Position numbers and translations under genes: made by a program. Positions 58,487-64,000 of a stretch of DNA of 64,000 nucleotides are shown here, one piece after another. This stretch comes from an uncultured Alphaproteobacteria bacterium (lineage in GTDB: Bacteria > Pseudomonadota > Alphaproteobacteria > Micavibrionales > UBA1664). The stretch is taken from the NCBI GenBank assembly GCA_943789475.1, contig CALSUG010000008.1:110431-174430 (forward strand), written 5' to 3'. Every line of letters starts with the position of its first letter. The stretch's first letter is position 1. The notes under the pieces were generated by a model. The model ran no database searches. It had not been told where the DNA came from and saw only the letters and a program-made list of their open reading frames with translations.

Positions 58487-60946
58487 ATGAAATTCATAAG
58501 CTATGGCTTTTTAACATTAATGTCCTTGGGAATATTGGGTGCGATCATCGGAATTGGTGGTTTTGCATGGGTTATTAACCATTATGGACAAGATTTGCCG
58601 GATTATGAATCTCTCAAAACATATGAACCAGATGTTGTGACACGTGTCTATACGGGCAATGGTCGTTTGATGGCCGAATTTTCGACGGAAAAACGTATTT
58701 TTGTCCCGATTGAGGTTATTCCAGATCTTGTTAAACAAGCATTTATTTCCGCGGAAGATAAAAATTTCTATAAACACAAAGGTTTGGATTACGTTGGTAT
58801 CGCGCGGGCGATGATTAACAATTTGAAAAACCCAAATAATTTACAAGGTGCGTCGACAATTACGCAGCAAGTTGCCAAAAATTTCTTGCTTACCAATGAA
58901 CGCTCGTATGAACGTAAAATTAAAGAGGCAATTTTGGCCATTCGAATGGAACGTGCCTTGGAAAAAGATCGTTTGTTAGAACTTTATTTGAATGAAATCT
59001 ATCTTGGTATTGGGACGTATGGTGTTGCATCGGCGTCGCAAAATTATTTTAACAAATCATTGGATGATTTAACGATTGAGGAGGCCGCATATTTAGCCGC
59101 CTTGCCAAAGGCACCAAATAATTATCATCCCACACGTAAAAAACAACGTGCAACGGATCGCCGTAATTGGGTTATTGGCAGGTTATTGAAAGATGGCTTT
59201 ATTAGTGATGATGATGCGGAAAAAGCCAAAGCGGTGGAATTAGTCACGGTCGATCTTTCAACGCTTGAGGGTAATGTACGCGCGCCGTATTTTGCGGAAG
59301 AAATTCGCCGTAAGTTACAAAAAGAATTTGGAAATGATGGTTTGTACAAACAGGGTATGATTGTTAAATCATCGATTGATCCTGAATTGCAAAAAATTGC
59401 GGAGGAGGCTTTGCGTAATGGTCTGGTTGCCTATGATATTCGTCATGGATATCGCGGCCCTGTTAAAATGATTGATAATTTTAATGATTGGAAAACAAAA
59501 CTTGCGGCCGTCAAAATTCAACAAGGAATGTTACCTGATTGGAAATTGGCACTTTATTTTGGTGATCGTGAAATTCGTTTTGCGGAGGGAGATAAAGGAA
59601 AATTAAGCCAAGGCGGTGTGTCATGGGCGGGCGTTAATTTAAAAAAAGGTGCTGTGATTATGGTGACAAAGGATGATGAAAATGAATCATTGTATCGCAT
59701 TCGTCAGGTGCCAAAAATACAAGGTGCTATATCAATTATGGATCCGCATACGGGACGTGTTTTGGCCATTCAAGGTGGATGGGATTATGAGCGATCTGAA
59801 TTTAACCGTGCAACACAGGCGCAGCGCCAACCGGGGTCATCGTTTAAACCATTTATTTATTTAACAGCCTTGGAAAGTGGTATGACACCTGCGACAATTG
59901 TAATGGATGCACCTGTAGCATTTGAACAAGGGCCAGGGTTACCATTATGGCGTCCACAAAATTATTCGGATAAATTTTATGGCCCAACAACATTGCGTGT
60001 TGGTATTGAGAAATCACGTAATGTAATGACAGTACGTTTGGCAGATAAAATTGGTATGGATGTAATTGCCGAAACGGCAAAAAAATTCGGTATCTACGAT
60101 AACATGCAGAAAAATTTGGCATCCTCACTTGGGTCAAATGAAACGACGCTTATGAGAATGGTCAGTGCATATGGAATGTTGGTTAATGGTGGTAAAAAAA
60201 TTGAACCAAGCTTTATTGATCGTATTCAAAATCGATATGGGAAAACGGTTTATAAAAATGATAATCGGCAATGTTTAACTTGTGGTCCAAAAATTAGATG
60301 GATGGACAATATGGCTGTTCCCCATGTTAATGACACACGTGAAAAAGTGACGGAACCGCAACGTGCATATCAAATGGTGTCTATTTTAGAAGGCGGCGTA
60401 CAACGTGGAACGGGTGTACGTTTGCGGAATATTGGTTTTCCTGTGGCGGGTAAGACAGGCACAACAAACAATTCTAAGGACGCATGGTTTTTGGGCGTCA
60501 CGCCTGATCTTGTTTTTGGAGCATACGTTGGATTTGATCAACCAAAATCATTAGGACGCAAGGAAACTGGTTCATCCGTTGCTCTTCCTATTATTAAAGA
60601 ATTTTTAGAAAAGGCATCTGCTAAAAATCTAATTGAACCACTGCCATTTCGTGCACCATCAGGGGTGAGTATGATTCAAGTAAATGCAAAAACAGGTCGT
60701 CGCGCTTACCCAGGGGACACAAATGTAATTTGGGAATCTTTTATGAGTGGTGAAACTCCAGATAATCAACAAACGGTTTATGGTGGTGAAACGGTTGTGT
60801 TTGATGAGCCAGATATGAACTATATGGATTTGTTTAATCAAATCCCGACAAATAATAATGGTGAATTTCAGTATCCTGAGAGAAATGTTCAACCACAACC
60901 CCAAAATGAAAATCCCACCTTGCAGGGCACAGGCGGGATTTACTAA
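58487..60946 (+). CDS. mrcA: penicillin-binding protein 1A (bifunctional transglycosylase/transpeptidase)
   Basis: 819 aa. GT51 motifs EDKNFYKHKGLD, GASTITQQ and RKIKEA. Transpeptidase motifs GSSFKPF (SxxK) and KTGTTN. Confidence 0.92.
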   Translation: MKFISYGFLTLMSLGILGAIIGIGGFAWVINHYGQDLPDYESLKTYEPDVVTRVYTGNGRLMAEFSTEKRIFVPIEVIPDLVKQAFISAEDKNFYKHKGLDYVGIARAMINNLKNPNNLQGASTITQQVAKNFLLTNERSYERKIKEAILAIRMERALEKDRLLELYLNEIYLGIGTYGVASASQNYFNKSLDDLTIEEAAYLAALPKAPNNYHPTRKKQRATDRRNWVIGRLLKDGFISDDDAEKAKAVELVTVDLSTLEGNVRAPYFAEEIRRKLQKEFGNDGLYKQGMIVKSSIDPELQKIAEEALRNGLVAYDIRHGYRGPVKMIDNFNDWKTKLAAVKIQQGMLPDWKLALYFGDREIRFAEGDKGKLSQGGVSWAGVNLKKGAVIMVTKDDENESLYRIRQVPKIQGAISIMDPHTGRVLAIQGGWDYERSEFNRATQAQRQPGSSFKPFIYLTALESGMTPATIVMDAPVAFEQGPGLPLWRPQNYSDKFYGPTTLRVGIEKSRNVMTVRLADKIGMDVIAETAKKFGIYDNMQKNLASSLGSNETTLMRMVSAYGMLVNGGKKIEPSFIDRIQNRYGKTVYKNDNRQCLTCGPKIRWMDNMAVPHVNDTREKVTEPQRAYQMVSILEGGVQRGTGVRLRNIGFPVAGKTGTTNNSKDAWFLGVTPDLVFGAYVGFDQPKSLGRKETGSSVALPIIKEFLEKASAKNLIEPLPFRAPSGVSMIQVNAKTGRRAYPGDTNVIWESFMSGETPDNQQTVYGGETVVFDEPDMNYMDLFNQIPTNNNGEFQYPERNVQPQPQNENPTLQGTGGIY

Positions 60947-60970
60947 ACACCTTTATTTAAAAGGGAAGTA

Positions 60971-62410
60971 TTATCCTTTTAGTTTACGTGTCAGTGTTTT
61001 GACCTCATCAGCAAATGAAATGTCACCATCGATCAGTTCATCAACCTTGCGAACAGCATGCATTACCGTTGTGTGGTCACGGCCACCAAATTTACGACCA
61101 ATTTCTGGTAGTGATCTAGGTGTTAATTTTTTGCACAGATACATTGCGATTTGGCGTGGACGTGCAACATTACGGCTACGACGTGCAGAATGCATATCCG
61201 ATAGACGAAGCGTGTAATATTCCGCTACTTGGCGTTGAATTTCATCAATTGTAATACGACGTTCATATGAACGTAAAACATCTGACAAGATGTCGGTTGC
61301 TGCATCTAATGTGATCGCTTTACCTGACATATCTGCTTGAACCGCTAGGCGGTTTAAGGCGCCTTCTAATTCACGGATATTTGATGTGATTTTGTTTGCT
61401 AGAAATACAGCAACGTCTTCTGGCAATGTTAAATTCATTAAACCAGCCTTGTGTTTAACAATGTTTAATCGCAATTCTAGTGTCGATGGACGAATGTCTG
61501 CAACTAATCCCCAACCCATGCGTGAACGTAGGCGTTCGTCCAGACCATCAAGATCCATTGGCGCGCGATCACCCGCAATAATAATTAATTTTCCATTATC
61601 GACCAAGGCGTTAAATGTGTGGAAAAATTCCTCTTGTGTCGATTCTTTGCCTGCAATGAACTGAATATCATCAATCATTAAGACATCAACATTACGTAAT
61701 TTATCTTTAAACGCCATAGAATCGTTTGCACGTAAAGCTTTAACGAATTGGTACATGAATTTTTCAGCAGAAAGATAGACAACTTCACCTTTTCCTTTTT
61801 CACGAAGGGCGTGGGCCATTGCGTGCATAAGGTGTGTTTTACCAAGACCAACAGAACCATAAATATATAGAGGGTTAAATGGTGTTCCATCAGCATCAAT
61901 GACACGACGACATGCAGCGTGTGCAAATGCATTAGGTTCACCAACGACGAATGTATCAAATGTAAAACGAGGATCTAAAGGTGCGGATAAATCTTCCTGT
62001 TCATCATTTTTCGTAGAATTTGAAATGTTTTTGTTTGCTTGTGGAGAGGCAAGGGCGGCTTTTGCACTTTCTTCAACTTGGATTTGATTTTGAACTGCGA
62101 CAACAAATTGAAGGCGAGTTACATCGTTATTTTGTACAGAACATAGTTGTAAAATTTGTTCAGAATAATGGCTCTGAATCCAGTCACGCATAAAACGTGT
62201 AGGGACAGATATTTCCATTGTACCTTCATAGTAGGCTTGTAGTTCCATTGGCTTTAACCAACTACGAAATACACCTTCACCAAATTCATCACGCATGGCC
62301 TTATATACATTTTTCCATGTATTCAAAATCTCTGTTGTTGGCTCTGCCGAAAAATTTGTCATTGCAACAACATTTGATGATGTCATATCGCCTACCCCTT
62401 TTGTGTTCAT
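60971..62410 (-). CDS. dnaA: chromosomal replication initiator protein DnaA
   Basis: 479 aa. AAA+ GSVGLGKTHLMHA, LMIDDIQF, and the C-terminal DNA-binding domain (RPRQIAMYLCKKLT...SLPEIGRKFGGRDHTTVMHA). Confidence 0.95.
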   Translation of the reverse strand: MNTKGVGDMTSSNVVAMTNFSAEPTTEILNTWKNVYKAMRDEFGEGVFRSWLKPMELQAYYEGTMEISVPTRFMRDWIQSHYSEQILQLCSVQNNDVTRLQFVVAVQNQIQVEESAKAALASPQANKNISNSTKNDEQEDLSAPLDPRFTFDTFVVGEPNAFAHAACRRVIDADGTPFNPLYIYGSVGLGKTHLMHAMAHALREKGKGEVVYLSAEKFMYQFVKALRANDSMAFKDKLRNVDVLMIDDIQFIAGKESTQEEFFHTFNALVDNGKLIIIAGDRAPMDLDGLDERLRSRMGWGLVADIRPSTLELRLNIVKHKAGLMNLTLPEDVAVFLANKITSNIRELEGALNRLAVQADMSGKAITLDAATDILSDVLRSYERRITIDEIQRQVAEYYTLRLSDMHSARRSRNVARPRQIAMYLCKKLTPRSLPEIGRKFGGRDHTTVMHAVRKVDELIDGDISFADEVKTLTRKLKG

Positions 62411-62606
62411 TCGTTTTTCCTTCCCAAACTATAAAAAATTAATGTGTTTATTTTCTCCTAAAATAAACACAACAAAACAGTCATCAAAATACACGTATTT
62501 TGACGGCCAAAGGTTTAAGCCTTTGGTGTTATAGCTGACATTTTCTAAAGTTTTACGTCTTTAGTCTTTGTTTTTTATCGTCAGCAATTTGACTGGATAT
62601 ATTTTG

Positions 62607-62635
62607 ACCATAAAAAGTCTTGTGGATAATTTCAA
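62607..62635 (-). promoter_or_regulatory. candidate dnaA promoter (TTGAAA-17 nt-TATGGT) with a perfect DnaA box TTATCCACA filling the first 9 nt of the spacer
   Basis: The minus strand reads TTGAAA TTATCCACA AGACTTTT TATGGT. The box is at 62621-62629. Confidence 0.45.
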
Positions 62636-62757
62636 GGGATAAAATGATTCTTTTTTTAAAAAGAAATTATATTATCTAACCTATTGATACGGATGCATTT
62701 TAAGCGTTAAAAAGTTTCCTTCTTAACGCTCAATAATAATGAGGGGTATTTATATTT

Positions 62758-63030
62758 TTAAGCGGCTGTTTTTAACGTTTTAATGCGTGCCGAAAGGCGT
62801 GACATTTTGCGTGAAACAGTCTTCTTCTTCAAGACGCCTTTTGAAACGCCTCTATACAATTCAGGTTGTGCTGCACGTAATGCATCATCCGCGGCCTTAG
62901 CATCACCTGAATCAATTGCCGTCATAACATTTTTAAGAAATGTACGGATGCGTGACATACGATTACCGTTAATAACGGCGCGTCGTGCGTTACGACGAAT
63001 TCTTGTTTTTGCGGACTTGTGATTAGCCAT
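62758..63030 (-). CDS. rpsT: 30S ribosomal protein S20
   Basis: 90 aa. [17 protein letters not shown]... is the typical S20 N-terminus. Confidence 0.93.
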   Translation of the reverse strand: MANHKSAKTRIRRNARRAVINGNRMSRIRTFLKNVMTAIDSGDAKAADDALRAAQPELYRGVSKGVLKKKTVSRKMSRLSARIKTLKTAA

Positions 63031-63071
63031 GGTGTTTATTCTCTTTTCAAATCAATTTATTTAACTGCACG

Positions 63072-63100
63072 GTTTTATCGCTCGAGGCACTGGATGTCAA
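63072..63100 (-). promoter_or_regulatory. candidate rpsT promoter (TTGACA-17 nt-TAAAAC)
   Basis: The minus strand reads TTGACA tccagtgcctcgagcga TAAAAC, about 40 nt upstream of the rpsT ATG. Confidence 0.45.
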
Positions 63101-63143
63101 GAAAAACTGTGGAAAAAAATAAAAGTATTTTTTCCTAAATAAG

Positions 63144-63506
63144 CTAACCCTTTGAACGGAAAGTTATTATTAATGAAGGATCGTTTTTTGAAGATTGTTG
63201 TAATTCCATATAAATATGTTTTCCATTTTTATGAAATCCCATTGTATCATCGGCAAACCATCCTAAATTTTGAAAAATTTTACGATACTGAGCATAGATT
63301 TTATGGGGATTAGCGCAACTGTCCTCACACCACAGGGACACCTCTATAAATTGGCCTTCTGGTTTGTCAAAAACCAAAATATCATCATTCATCACCGTTA
63401 ATCCATCAAGAACAGGTATATTATCAAAATAGGGAATTGCATTTTGTGCAAAGGCTGGTGAAGCGGTCAAGTATAATAAAAACAATAAGAATCTCATGGA
63501 GATCAT
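63144..63506 (-). CDS. hypothetical secreted protein
   Basis: 120 aa with the signal peptide MISMRFLLFLLYLTASPAFAQ. No family recognised. Confidence 0.5.
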   Translation of the reverse strand: MISMRFLLFLLYLTASPAFAQNAIPYFDNIPVLDGLTVMNDDILVFDKPEGQFIEVSLWCEDSCANPHKIYAQYRKIFQNLGWFADDTMGFHKNGKHIYMELQQSSKNDPSLIITFRSKG

Positions 63507-63507
63507 A

Positions 63508-64000
63508 TTACATTTGTTTTTCAGGGCAGTAAAATGTTGATCGTCCCGATTGTGTTATGCGTATGATTTTGTCACCTGTAATCTTGCATGTTTGACCTTC
63601 GCGATCATAGACATCAAATGTGTGTTGGAAATAACCAAGAGTGCCGTCAGCTTGCCTATGGTCACGTAGGGATGATCCCCCAGATATGATAGCCTCGTTT
63701 AAAATATCTCGGATATAGATTATTAATTCTGTTGCCTCTTCTTCCGTGATATCATTTGATGGCCTTAAAGGGCTTATATTGGCGCGATAGAGGGCTTCGC
63801 ATGCATAAATGTTACCAATCCCTGCAACAATTGATTGATCAAGAAGAGCTGTCTTTATAGGTGATTTTTTGTTTATTAATTTTTGTATCAAGTAAATGGC
63901 ATTTAAATCATTACTTAATGGTTCGGGGCCCATATTTAAAAAGGCCTTATGATTGTGTTCTTTGCCTGTCTCAACAAAAAACATCATGCCAAATCGCCGT
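63508..64000 (-). CDS. mutM: formamidopyrimidine-DNA glycosylase (C-terminal part; N-terminus lies beyond the window end)
   Basis: The reading frame stays open past the track's internal Met to base 64000 (..RRFGMMFFVE..). H2TH GIGNIYACEALYRANISP, and the C-terminal zinc finger CKITGDKI...FYCPEKQ. Confidence 0.88.
   Translation of the reverse strand, partial: RRFGMMFFVETGKEHNHKAFLNMGPEPLSNDLNAIYLIQKLINKKSPIKTALLDQSIVAGIGNIYACEALYRANISPLRPSNDITEEEATELIIYIRDILNEAIISGGSSLRDHRQADGTLGYFQHTFDVYDREGQTCKITGDKIIRITQSGRSTFYCPEKQM

Noticed and set aside
62411-62757. Whether the dnaA-rpsT spacer is the chromosomal origin.
   Set aside because: It has only one perfect DnaA box and no cluster of boxes or obvious AT-rich 13-mer array. 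In Alphaproteobacteria the origin is often not next to dnaA. I kept it as a dnaA regulatory region instead.

Overview
AT-rich, very tightly packed chromosomal segment with about 65 supportable CDS. It contains one two-piece tmRNA gene and one multiply frameshifted pseudogene. I recognised no rRNA, tRNA, CRISPR array, transposase or integrase. The backbone looks alphaproteobacterial and probably host-associated. Support for that: a permuted tmRNA with an ANDNFA-type tag, an NDUFA12-like/MlaD/DUF2155 cluster, DUF2794 and DUF2336 proteins, and rpsT-dnaA linkage. Housekeeping content includes recR, tag, serA, gpsA, tsaD, pheS/pheT, clpA, hisS, deoC, kdsD-lptC-lptA-lptB-rpoN, thyA, gyrB, recF, bamB, xseA, mlaE/mlaF, mrcA, dnaA, rpsT and mutM. 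The most interesting signal is an isolated three-gene block at 22514-24611 (minus strand). It reads as icmC/dotE-like, icmD/dotP-like and icmJ/dotN of a Dot/Icm (type IVB) secretion system, in the canonical order. The ATPase gene that normally follows is absent, and the block sits directly downstream of an export-only polysaccharide cluster (response regulator, beta-barrel, Wza-like, Wzc-like). Other notable points: a tmRNA whose tag template looks internally duplicated; a GT25 glycosyltransferase plus a small ORF inserted between pheS and pheT; and a hemW gene broken by three +1 frameshifts that together restore the frame. There are also several translationally coupled orphan gene pairs (one with an HExxHxxQ motif plus a degenerate P-loop partner), a DnaA box inside a candidate dnaA promoter followed by a structured leader, and a 27-aa hydrophobic mini-ORF. 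All family assignments rest on motif recognition by eye and on memory; no searches were run.
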